Origin: a virus
Taxonomy: Duplodnaviria > Heunggongvirae > Uroviricota > Caudoviricetes
Reading direction: 5' to 3' (one strand)
DNA length: 21,482 nucleotides
IMG/VR virus record: IMGVR_UViG_3300017989_000062
Location: 1 to 21,482 of that record
The notes under the pieces are model-generated. The model was not told the origin of the DNA, did no database searches, and saw nothing but the letters and a program-made list of their open reading frames with translations. Positions within the stretch are counted from its first letter, which is position 1; each line of letters begins with the position of its first letter. Below, piece by piece: positions 1 to 6,915 of the stretch. Made by a program: the position numbers and the translations under genes.

Positions 1-231
1 TAATCTTAACTTTGTAATGCAAGGATGTTTAATTTTACCAGTTCTAAAACCAGACCCGGTTAAGTAGTTCATTGTTATCTTGATCTTGTCATTACTTGTT
101 TTATGTATAGGACCAAGATATTTCCTGAGTTGAGCGCAGCACCATTCTGGTTTCTTACTCCACTGTCCGAGCAATTTTTTTCTAACTGCTTGCCACTCTT
201 TGTCCTTTACAAGCTCTGACATTTTGCTCAT
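1..231 (-). CDS. Hypothetical protein, truncated by window edge (MSKMSELVKDKEWQAVRKKLLGQW...)
   Basis: ATG at 231-229 overlaps the TAA of the upstream gene (TAATG); frame open to base 1. Confidence 0.7.
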   Translation of the reverse strand, partial: MSKMSELVKDKEWQAVRKKLLGQWSKKPEWCCAQLRKYLGPIHKTSNDKIKITMNYLTGSGFRTGKIKHPCITKLRL

Positions 232-935
232 TATTTTACCTCGGCTGTGACCTTTTTGTAATAATCTTGCGGTTCTACAATAACTCTACCTGAACCATTA
301 CATTCCCCACATGTAAAGTATTGTCGTAAAGCAAAAACTTTTCCACTTCCCCGACAAGTAGGACATTGTCTCTTCACTTGGAAGACCTTTTTAACAGGAA
401 TGGTTAGTTTAACTTCTTTCTCACTATCCCATGAATGTTCTTCACCACCCATCCCCATTGTCACTTTCTCTGTGATATGGGTTCTGACTACAACCTGTTT
501 TTTGTCAGCGATGTATTTTTCAAAATGACACCACTGTTTTCCTTCGAGTTTCTTATGTGTTACCTCACATTGAGACCACCCACAGAGTTTTTCAAATAAA
601 CACCAGTTGGTTGGCTTAGGTTTTGGTTTATCATATTTGAAGACTAACTCAATCTTACTTCTCCAATCATGGTGTTTATCACAGATCATTTTACTACTCA
701 AGAATTCTTCACACCCTTCCATTTTTCCAAGAGCATCAAGAAGTTGAATGATAATTCCATTTGCAGTCTGACTTGAAAGAATAAACTTTCTGGTTCCTTT
801 TTTGTCCTCTACGTCAAAGTGAATATTACTAGATTGAATTTCGTCCAACTCTACTGTTTGATCTCTTCCAAGATACAAATTCCTTATCCAAAAATTGTCA
901 GTTTCATTTTCTCTTATACCGTATTTTTCACTCAT
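231..935 (-). CDS. Hypothetical protein with C-terminal DnaJ-type zinc finger
   Basis: 234 aa ORF; CPTCRGSG and CGECNGSG motifs; AGGAG RBS upstream. Confidence 0.75.
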   Translation of the reverse strand: MSEKYGIRENETDNFWIRNLYLGRDQTVELDEIQSSNIHFDVEDKKGTRKFILSSQTANGIIIQLLDALGKMEGCEEFLSSKMICDKHHDWRSKIELVFKYDKPKPKPTNWCLFEKLCGWSQCEVTHKKLEGKQWCHFEKYIADKKQVVVRTHITEKVTMGMGGEEHSWDSEKEVKLTIPVKKVFQVKRQCPTCRGSGKVFALRQYFTCGECNGSGRVIVEPQDYYKKVTAEVK

Positions 936-950
936 TTCGCCAGTTCTCCT

Positions 951-1139
951 TTACCACCCCCAAAACCATTCAATGATCCAAATACCAGCGAGAAAAATCC
1001 ATGGAAGAAATCTCATGAATTTATCTCCTGTTCTATTCCAAATCAGTTTGATTGTATCATGATATTCTTTATTTTCATCACAACCTTCTCGACACGTTGG
1101 TGAAATAATACACCATTTACATGGATCCCTAAATCTCAT
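951..1139 (-). CDS. Small Cys-rich membrane protein
   Basis: GAAAGGA RBS; PCKWC...C...C then hydrophobic C-terminus. Confidence 0.65.
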   Translation of the reverse strand: MRFRDPCKWCIISPTCREGCDENKEYHDTIKLIWNRTGDKFMRFLPWIFLAGIWIIEWFWGW

Positions 1140-1152
1140 TTGAATCCTTTCG

Positions 1153-1241
1153 TGGCGGTGAGGACAGGATTTGAACCTGCAAGAGCTGTTAACTCAATCA
1201 GTTTAGCAAACTGACGCCTTTACCGACTCGGCCACCTCACC
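1153..1241 (-). tRNA. tRNA-Ser(GCT)
   Basis: Cloverleaf; anticodon arm TCAGT-TTGCTAA-ACTGA; long variable arm; G73 and CCA. Confidence 0.95.
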
Positions 1242-1380
1242 TGTATGTTAAAAAAAATGCCATTATAACTAACAACCATAAAAACATTTCAGGCCTCACA
1301 CCAGCAACCATTGTATTTCTAATTGCCAGCCACCATAACCGCATGAACTTCCAATAATACAACTCAAGTAATTTAAACAT
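1237..1380 (-). CDS. Possible 47-aa hydrophobic protein (MFKLLELYYWKFMRLWWLAIRN...)
   Basis: ORF fills the gap between hsp20 and tRNA-Ser; no clear RBS; TGA stop lies inside the tRNA 5' end. Confidence 0.35.
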   Translation of the reverse strand: MFKLLELYYWKFMRLWWLAIRNTMVAGVRPEMFLWLLVIMAFFLTYR

Positions 1381-1381
1381 A

Positions 1382-1399
1382 GGGACTCACGGTCAGTCA
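1382..1399. repeat. Inverted repeat arm downstream of hsp20 (GGGACTCACGGTCAGTCA)
   Basis: 17/18 reverse-complement match to 1956-1973. Confidence 0.9.
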
Positions 1400-1407
1400 G
1401 ATAGATG

Positions 1408-1935
1408 TTAATTGATGTCGATTGTGAGAGAACCTTTTCTTACCTCAACCTTTTCTTTCTCGAAGGTGAGTGTTAATATACCGTTCTCAAATACTGCTGC
1501 AACACCGTTGGTGTTGATTTTCTCAGGGAATTTGATAACTCTCTTAAAAGTCCTTTGAGAGACTTCTTGCATGAGATATCGTCCCTTTTCCTCTTGTTGA
1601 TCTTCTTTCGTTGCTTGCAAGAATAATACATTATCCTTGAGTTCAACATGGATGTCATCTTTTGAGAAACCAGCAAGAGCGAATTCAGCAATGTACTGAG
1701 TGTCAGTTTCTCGAATGTTGCCTTTGGGTAAAGTTGATCTTGGCTGCATACGTTTAAATATCTTCTTTGTCACTGGTGGTGTTACCCAACCATCATCAAA
1801 GAAACTTCCAAATGCATCACCAAATGTTTCGAACAGTCCTTCGAACTGGTCGAAGAGATCATCAAAACGATCAAAAGCAACGAGTCCATCCATTGGATCT
1901 GACTTCTTTACTAGATCTTTTGTTTCTTTACTCAT
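1408..1935 (-). CDS. hsp20: Small heat shock protein, Hsp20/alpha-crystallin family
   Basis: LAGFSKDDIHVEL, FKRVIKFP, AVFENGILTL motifs; start moved to ATG 1935 (CAGGAGGA RBS) because the longer ORF runs into tRNA-Asp. Confidence 0.92.
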   Translation of the reverse strand: MSKETKDLVKKSDPMDGLVAFDRFDDLFDQFEGLFETFGDAFGSFFDDGWVTPPVTKKIFKRMQPRSTLPKGNIRETDTQYIAEFALAGFSKDDIHVELKDNVLFLQATKEDQQEEKGRYLMQEVSQRTFKRVIKFPEKINTNGVAAVFENGILTLTFEKEKVEVRKGSLTIDIN

Positions 1936-1955
1936 GGTCTTTCCTCCTGTTTGAG

Positions 1956-1973
1956 TGACCGACCGTGAGTCCC
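1956..1973. repeat. Inverted repeat arm upstream of hsp20 (TGACCGACCGTGAGTCCC)
   Basis: Pairs with 1382-1399. Confidence 0.9.
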
Positions 1974-2017
1974 AAATTTTAGTTATTGTTGATTTAAACA
2001 TTTTTGATTTCTTTCTA

Positions 2018-2094
2018 TGGCGGCTCCGACCGGGTTCGAACCGGCAGTAACGCCGTGACAGGGCATCGTGTTGACCGATTAACACTACGGAGCC
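2018..2094 (-). tRNA. tRNA-Asp(GTC)
   Basis: Anticodon arm ATGCC-CTGTCAC-GGCGT; T loop TTCGAAC; GCCA end. Confidence 0.95.
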
Positions 2095-2114
2095 TAAAAT
2101 TGGATTTTACTAAT

Positions 2115-2138
2115 AGAGGGGAGTTTTGTCTTCCCTCT
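2115..2138 (-). terminator. Hairpin, possible terminator or processing site
   Basis: AGAGGG...CCCTCT stem downstream of the small ORF; weak U tract. Confidence 0.4.
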
Positions 2139-2164
2139 TTAACCAAGAAGGAAGTCAGACTATC

Positions 2165-2287
2165 TTAAGATGTGATTCCTTCGTGGGTTGTTGGTTCAAT
2201 ACTATCTGTTGCTGGAACCATATAACCGGTATGTGCGCAGGCGTTCTCACTAAACCATCTCGGTGATTTTAATTTGAGTGCTTGCAT
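2165..2287 (-). CDS. Possible 40-aa peptide (MQALKLKSPRWFSENACAHTGYMVP...)
   Basis: GGAGG RBS 5 nt before ATG; AAGAACA promoter-like motif upstream. Confidence 0.45.
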   Translation of the reverse strand: MQALKLKSPRWFSENACAHTGYMVPATDSIEPTTHEGITS

Positions 2288-2311
2288 TACTACCTCCACA
2301 TACGACTATTA

Positions 2312-2327
2312 TTTATATTATGTTCTT
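2312..2327 (-). promoter_or_regulatory. Candidate phage promoter motif AAGAACATAATATAAA
   Basis: Similar AAGAACA + A/T motifs at 12348-12360 and 19875-19890, all upstream of minus-strand units. Confidence 0.45.
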
Positions 2328-2341
2328 GTTACAAATGAATA

Positions 2342-2668
2342 TTACACTTCTGTTTGTTTCTCGGGTTCGACTAGTTTCCAACCCTTCTTTTTCATATCCT
2401 TTTTGATCTTTGAGTGTGTTTCTGGAATATCCTCACAATACGAAACCCTAATTGAATCGTGAATTAAAATTAACTCAGCTCTGGTATCATATAACAAAGA
2501 TTCAATCCAGAAATGTTCTTTATTTTCTAATAACAAAGATGTGTGAAGAACAGGCATATAAAGAAAGTCATCATATTTCTCAAAATGATATCGAACATCT
2601 TTAGATCCACTGTTCTCGCGAATGTAAACTGTTTTGATTAGTTTTGTAGTTATCAACCCCATTGACAT
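2342..2668 (-). CDS. Hypothetical protein
   Basis: 108 aa ORF with GAAAGGA RBS, directly after tRNA-Ser. Confidence 0.7.
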   Translation of the reverse strand: MSMGLITTKLIKTVYIRENSGSKDVRYHFEKYDDFLYMPVLHTSLLLENKEHFWIESLLYDTRAELILIHDSIRVSYCEDIPETHSKIKKDMKKKGWKLVEPEKQTEV

Positions 2669-2677
2669 TCCTTTCAG

Positions 2678-2764
2678 TGGCGGCGGGAACAGGAATCGAA
2701 CCTGCTACGCTTTTTTAGGACGCCCGACTTTTCGAGAGTCGTTATCCCCATGGATGACCCCGCC
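2678..2764 (-). tRNA. tRNA-Ser(CGA), atypical short D arm
   Basis: CGACT-CTCGAAA-AGTCG; D arm ATCC-ATGG-GGAT; long variable arm; G73 CCA. Confidence 0.88.
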
Positions 2765-2766
2765 TT

Positions 2767-2852
2767 TGGTGGCTAAGGAGGGAGTCGAACCCTCACGCCC
2801 AATGGACACTAGATTTTGAATCTAGCGCGTCTGCCAGTTCCGCCACTCAGCC
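2767..2852 (-). tRNA. tRNA-Leu(CAA)
   Basis: CTAGA-TTCAAAA-TCTAG; long variable arm; A73 CCA. Confidence 0.95.
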
Positions 2853-3101
2853 TTGTTTTATTCGAATACCTGACCAGTTATAACCGCCTTCGCCCAGCAT
2901 TTTCTTTGCTGTCTCTCGCTCTTCTGGGTCTTTCCAAATAATGTAATGGCCATTGGCATCACAAAGAGCTTGCATTCCTTTTTCAACATTTTCCCAACAC
3001 ATCATACCTGGATGACTGCAATTTACCGTAGAATGGTCTAACGGGATTTCTGTAAAACCTTTACTCTCGATATCGCTTGCAAATGATAACTGACTGCCCA
3101 T
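2847..3101 (-). CDS. Hypothetical protein
   Basis: 84 aa ORF, GGGAGA RBS; TGA stop inside tRNA-Leu 5' end. Confidence 0.7.
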   Translation of the reverse strand: MGSQLSFASDIESKGFTEIPLDHSTVNCSHPGMMCWENVEKGMQALCDANGHYIIWKDPEERETAKKMLGEGGYNWSGIRIKQG

Positions 3102-3119
3102 TTATGTTTCTCCCTTCTC

Positions 3120-3377
3120 CTAGTATACTTTCACTCTCGTTAACTTTTCACAAGGAACACAAGTAAGACCAAGACCAGATTGATTGGCTGTACCAGTTTT
3201 CCTGCTTGCAATAGTTGCAAAACATAATCCAGTTCTTGAATCTTTAAAGTAAGTTAATTCCGTTGCCATTTTGATAGCATGGTCTCCATCAATTTTTGAA
3301 GGTTCCACTGAACATCCTGTAAGACTCAAAGACATCACCAAACCCATACACAATACCGCTAACAATACATATTTCAC
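3120..3377 (-). CDS. Putative lipoprotein
   Basis: Hydrophobic signal peptide ending in lipobox LTGC; GTG start, GAGG RBS. Confidence 0.75.
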   Translation of the reverse strand: MKYVLLAVLCMGLVMSLSLTGCSVEPSKIDGDHAIKMATELTYFKDSRTGLCFATIASRKTGTANQSGLGLTCVPCEKLTRVKVY

Positions 3378-3427
3378 TTTTACCTCGCTTTCATTCTTAC
3401 TTTGGAGAAATTAGGATCTTGATATTC

Positions 3428-3580
3428 TTATGTTACTTCCCAAGATTTCAATTCTTCAACTCTCACCCAACCACATTCAAAACACGTTGTGACTTTTTTG
3501 AATTGGCCGTCAGGTATTGTTTCCGCAATTCCATTACACTTATGACAAGTTGGTTCTACAATCCAATGAGATTGCTCCAT
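3428..3580 (-). CDS. 50-aa zinc-ribbon protein (CHKC...CFEC), absent from ORF track
   Basis: ATG overlaps upstream stop (TAATG); two CxxC motifs. Confidence 0.7.
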   Translation of the reverse strand: MEQSHWIVEPTCHKCNGIAETIPDGQFKKVTTCFECGWVRVEELKSWEVT

Positions 3581-3780
3581 TATCTTCTGCCTTTCTTTTT
3601 CTGTTTTTGTTGTCCAACGCGAATTTTATTTTTCTGTTCTTCTTCGATTTTTGTATGAGTAGCCATGTTACATTTTCCGAGTCGCCACTTTGCTTTTGGA
3701 TATAAATATACAGAACAATACCCTTCAGCAACTCGGATACAACCCTCGCACTCGTCTACTACCGGTAGTTTTTCTTCCAT
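3580..3780 (-). CDS. PxxKW family cysteine-rich protein
   Basis: PVVDECEGC...YCSVY..PKAKW..G.CNMATH with basic tail; AGGAGGA RBS. Confidence 0.8.
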   Translation of the reverse strand: MEEKLPVVDECEGCIRVAEGYCSVYLYPKAKWRLGKCNMATHTKIEEEQKNKIRVGQQKQKKKGRR

Positions 3781-3791
3781 TGGTCCTCCTT

Positions 3792-4169
3792 TTACATCCA
3801 GTGACCAAAATCATTGAGATGAGGAATATCAAACTCATATTCATCACCACCCCACTGATATGGTTTTTCTTTTGTAGTTTCCTCTTGTGTTACTTCTGGA
3901 TTTTGCTTCTTTTGATAAGCTTTTACCCATCTTGAATTAGGATTAGTTGATGTACAACTAACCAGTTCAATCTCATCACGCCAATCAACTGTTTCTTCCC
4001 GTTTCCATTTAAGAGATGCAAAACATCTGAAACATTGATCTGGTAACTCATCCTCCCAAACTTTAACTGGTTTGACAGGGTCATGTTCTAATCTATGCGC
4101 CAAAACTGGCGCTCCACAAACAGTTCATGTATCATCAGGAACAATAGCCTGTAGTATTCGCATGAACAT
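3792..4169 (-). CDS. Candidate selenoprotein with UxxC...CxxC (125 aa, in-frame TGA at codon 15)
   Basis: AGAAAGGA RBS and ATG 4169; MFMRILQAIVPDDT-TGA-TVCGAPVLAHRLEH continues in frame into the 3792-4103 ORF; SECIS-like hairpin follows. Confidence 0.7.
4097..4112 (-). promoter_or_regulatory. Bacterial SECIS-like hairpin GCGCCA-GUUU-UGGCGC
   Basis: Perfect 6-bp stem starting 12 nt after UGA (4127-4125); loop begins GU, 18 nt from UGA. Confidence 0.65.
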
Positions 4170-4183
4170 AGATTCGTCCTTTC

Positions 4184-4379
4184 TAATGGGAAATATATTT
4201 CACATTAACATACAAAATTGGCTATAACGGGAAATATATTTCACATTATAGCAATTTCAAAAATGGGAGTTAAACTCCCCATTAAGCGAGGTTAAGGGGT
4301 GTTATAACACCCATTTTCACTTTTCGTTAATGGGAGTAAAAAGGGGTGTTAACCCATAAAAAGCGAGCTAACACCCCTT
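4184..4379. repeat. Non-coding palindrome and repeat cluster
   Basis: 20-bp direct repeat GGGAAATATATTTCACATTA (4188-4207, 4229-4248); palindrome GGGTGTTATAACACCC (4297-4312); 11-bp IR 4341-4351/4369-4379. Confidence 0.85.
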
Positions 4380-4397
4380 AAAACACCTGTTATAAAA

Positions 4398-4485
4398 TGG
4401 TGCGACTGAGAGGAATTGAACCTCCACGGACTTGCGTCCACTAGATCCTAAGTCTAGCGCGTATGCCTAGTTTCGCCACAGTCGC
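4398..4485 (-). tRNA. tRNA-Leu(TAG)
   Basis: CTAGA-CTTAGGA-TCTAG; variable arm GGAC-GCAA-GTCC; ACCA end. Confidence 0.95.
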
Positions 4486-4492
4486 ATAGTTA

Positions 4493-4579
4493 GGTGCTAG
4501 AATCTACTCATACTACCCTCAAGCAATGTACCGCGCGATATACTGCTGTCTCGTTTAGTCATGTTGCAGCTCTAGCACC
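4493..4579 (-). ncRNA. Candidate rod-like structured RNA element
   Basis: Nested stems GGUGCUAGA/UCUAGCACC, CUGC/GUAG, CAUGACUA/UAGUAUG, AGCAGUAUAUC/GGUACAUUGCU. Confidence 0.4.
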
Positions 4580-4982
4580 AAGCTGACATTAAAACTTCTT
4601 TGACGTCATTTCCGTCTGCTTTTCCTTTGAGGTCCTTCATGATTGGACCCATTGCTTGCATCTTGTTTTTAAACTGAGACAGATCGACGTTGTCAGTTAT
4701 ATGTTTGAATATTTCATCTTTTGACATCATTTGAGGTAAATAAAATTCAACGATCTCAAGAAACGTTGTTGGTTTTCCATCTCCGATAACCTGGAGTTCA
4801 TTCTTTCTGAGTTTTCGGAGAATACCAATCATTTCTTCTTCCGTTGCTTCCTCCCCAGCCTTTTTGTTCAGCCTTGGAATCTCTCCGAGTATGACTCGAA
4901 TGGCATCTTTTCGATCTTGGTCATTTGTCATCATTGCAAGTTTCAATGCAACTCTGAGTTGTGTTTCAGTTAAACACATCAT
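4572..4982 (-). CDS. yqeY: GatB/YqeY domain protein
   Basis: LKLAM...IRVILGEI...EFYLPQMMS..EI...MGPIMKDLKGKADG pattern. Confidence 0.88.
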   Translation of the reverse strand: MMCLTETQLRVALKLAMMTNDQDRKDAIRVILGEIPRLNKKAGEEATEEEMIGILRKLRKNELQVIGDGKPTTFLEIVEFYLPQMMSKDEIFKHITDNVDLSQFKNKMQAMGPIMKDLKGKADGNDVKEVLMSAWC

Positions 4983-5605
4983 CGTCTCCGTCCTTTCTTT
5001 TTCTTTCCCTTGCCGCCTCTACTCGGAATATGGAGTCGAATTGCAATGTCTCCAAGTGTTCTCAAGACTGCCATGTTCTGTTTGTATACTTGAGGGTCAA
5101 GATTCCTACAACAATGTTGATATTCCGGAGAATCAAGCCATTCAATATATTTCATATTGCCTCTTGTCTTGTTACATCGTCGACATGCTGAAACAAGATT
5201 CTCTTCAATACTTGGTCCACCATCTTCCCACAAGACCAGATGGTCAACTGTTAATGGTAAATCATCTCTTCCACAATATCGACATTTGTATCCATCACGT
5301 TTGTATACACGCCATGACACCATTTGATCGATTTGTCTTGCTGATTTACGAAGAATGATTTTAACAAGACCTGTTTCATCTTTACTCAAAACTTCTGTCT
5401 CTTGAAGATCGCTCTGTCGTAAAAAGGCTTTCCAGTCCTCATACGTCAACTCTAACCATACTAAATGGTCTAAGTCTAGTTCGGGAAGAGGAACCAGATA
5501 GGTGTTATCATTATCAGAAAGCATAATACCTGACATTTGAATGTCAGTCCCAAATTTTAATAGATCAAAGTCCTCCATTCGCTTGTGGCTAATGTCCACT
5601 TTCAT
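4979..5605 (-). CDS. HNH endonuclease with uncharacterised N-terminal domain
   Basis: RDGYKCRYCG...TVDHLV...GG...NLVSACRRCN..RG; start at ATG 5605 (GAAAGGAGA RBS), longer ORF overlaps tRNA. Confidence 0.85.
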   Translation of the reverse strand: MKVDISHKRMEDFDLLKFGTDIQMSGIMLSDNDNTYLVPLPELDLDHLVWLELTYEDWKAFLRQSDLQETEVLSKDETGLVKIILRKSARQIDQMVSWRVYKRDGYKCRYCGRDDLPLTVDHLVLWEDGGPSIEENLVSACRRCNKTRGNMKYIEWLDSPEYQHCCRNLDPQVYKQNMAVLRTLGDIAIRLHIPSRGGKGKKKKGRRR

Positions 5606-5619
5606 TCTCCTTTCAAAAA

Positions 5620-5707
5620 TGGTGGGCAAGGCGGGAGTTGAACCCGCACAGAGTCAAGCTCCGCAAGATTTTAAGTCTTGTGTGTCTACCAGTTTCACCA
5701 CTCGCCC
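5620..5707 (-). tRNA. tRNA-Leu(TAA)
   Basis: CAAGA-CTTAAAA-TCTTG; long variable arm; ACCA end. Confidence 0.95.
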
Positions 5708-5714
5708 ATTAAGT

Positions 5715-5828
5715 TTACTTTTTCTTTAACTCCAGTCCATAATTAAACCACCACGACAATCCTTGTTTAATTTTAATCCAAAACCACAACAGATTATCAA
5801 ATACTTTCACAACCAAAGATTTCTTCAT
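5715..5828 (-). CDS. Possible 37-aa peptide (MKKSLVVKVFDNLLWFWIK...)
   Basis: GAGGGAG before ATG; fills gap before tRNA-Leu. Confidence 0.35.
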   Translation of the reverse strand: MKKSLVVKVFDNLLWFWIKIKQGLSWWFNYGLELKKK

Positions 5829-6603
5829 CTTGCTCCCTCATACGTTGGACGAGTTGGTCTTCCATTTCTAACTCTCGAGTGATCTCATCACAAATCTTTT
5901 CAATCTTCTCAACTAGATCAGGTTTAATCAACATGATTGATCCAATAGCTATTTCTCTAACTCCAAGAAATTTAATTAAGTATTTAAGTTCGTCTATATT
6001 TGTGAACGAGCACCCAGACACATTCCAACCCTTTTTAATGAGGTGTTTCAAAAACCACCAATTTTCAAACTGAGCACCTTTTCCAGAAACTGCCCAACCA
6101 TCTCTAAACCAACTTTTCTTCCACACTGAATTCAATCGAATACCTTCAATTCGATCAAGGTCTTCAATTTTCTCGTCGAATTCATAATCACAACTTCCAA
6201 CTTTTAACCAAATTGGATGTCTTGATTCTGGTATTTGATGAATCTGTATCTTACGAAGTTTTGTATTGGGACATGAGATGTTAATTTCAATTCCTTTAAT
6301 CTCAAGTTTATCTAACTCGGAGACTATATAATCAACTTCTTCTTGGGTCCCTGCAATCGAAACAATTGCTCTTTCATTGGGTTTATAAAATTTTTCTTTC
6401 CAAATTTGAAATCCGGGATTGTGTAAAGCTACTTGGTTATATATAGATTTATTCCATCTCCATATTCTCCACGGATGTCCATTTTTGGGGTGAAGTGTTA
6501 TTGTTTTTGTGACAAAGGGAAATTTTGGAAATTCAAATAAATAATGCCACATATACCCTTCACCGTAATATCCCATTGCTCCTGCAGAATATACATATTT
6601 CAC
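5797..6603 (-). CDS. Dihydroorotate dehydrogenase-like FMN protein (divergent)
   Basis: TKTIT..P..G.P.R, N..L.NPG, VSIAG, EINISCPN, VSG motifs; GTG 6603 start after GGGAG is inferred. Confidence 0.75.
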   Translation of the reverse strand: MKYVYSAGAMGYYGEGYMWHYLFEFPKFPFVTKTITLHPKNGHPWRIWRWNKSIYNQVALHNPGFQIWKEKFYKPNERAIVSIAGTQEEVDYIVSELDKLEIKGIEINISCPNTKLRKIQIHQIPESRHPIWLKVGSCDYEFDEKIEDLDRIEGIRLNSVWKKSWFRDGWAVSGKGAQFENWWFLKHLIKKGWNVSGCSFTNIDELKYLIKFLGVREIAIGSIMLIKPDLVEKIEKICDEITRELEMEDQLVQRMREQDEEIFGCESI

Positions 6604-6607
6604 ATGT

Positions 6608-6892
6608 TCACTCCCAGTTAATGTGTACAGGATGGTTCGGACTTCTCCATTGAACTCCTTTAGGAGTTTTACCACATTTTTCACAAACAAAATATTCCGA
6701 ATTTCTTACAGTGATTTTCGATACTGAAAATACAGCACCACAGTGTTTGCAATCTTCTATAAGATATTTTTTCTCTTCTGGTTTGTGTCTTTGACGATCT
6801 ACTCTGAAAATATAACACTCATCGTCAAATTCACCTTCAATCCAACAATGTTCAATCCTAAAACACATCTCTTCAACAACGTCTCTCTGCAT
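6608..6892 (-). CDS. Zinc-ribbon hypothetical protein
   Basis: CKHC...CEKC; start trimmed to ATG 6892 (AGGAG RBS) outside the tRNA. Confidence 0.65.
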   Translation of the reverse strand: MQRDVVEEMCFRIEHCWIEGEFDDECYIFRVDRQRHKPEEKKYLIEDCKHCGAVFSVSKITVRNSEYFVCEKCGKTPKGVQWRSPNHPVHINWE

Positions 6893-6915
6893 AGGCCAGT
6901 TGCTCCTTTTAGAGA

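Noticed and set aside
1936-2085. N-terminal extensions in the ORF track (hsp20; also starts at 5629, 6943, 10922, 13179)
   Set aside because: They run through tRNA genes or upstream CDSs; better RBS-linked starts lie downstream.
4184-4379. CRISPR array or canonical CRP/Rex sites
   Set aside because: Only two 20-bp copies with a 21-bp gap and no cas genes; TGTGA-N8-TCCCA spacing is 2 bp longer than those consensuses.
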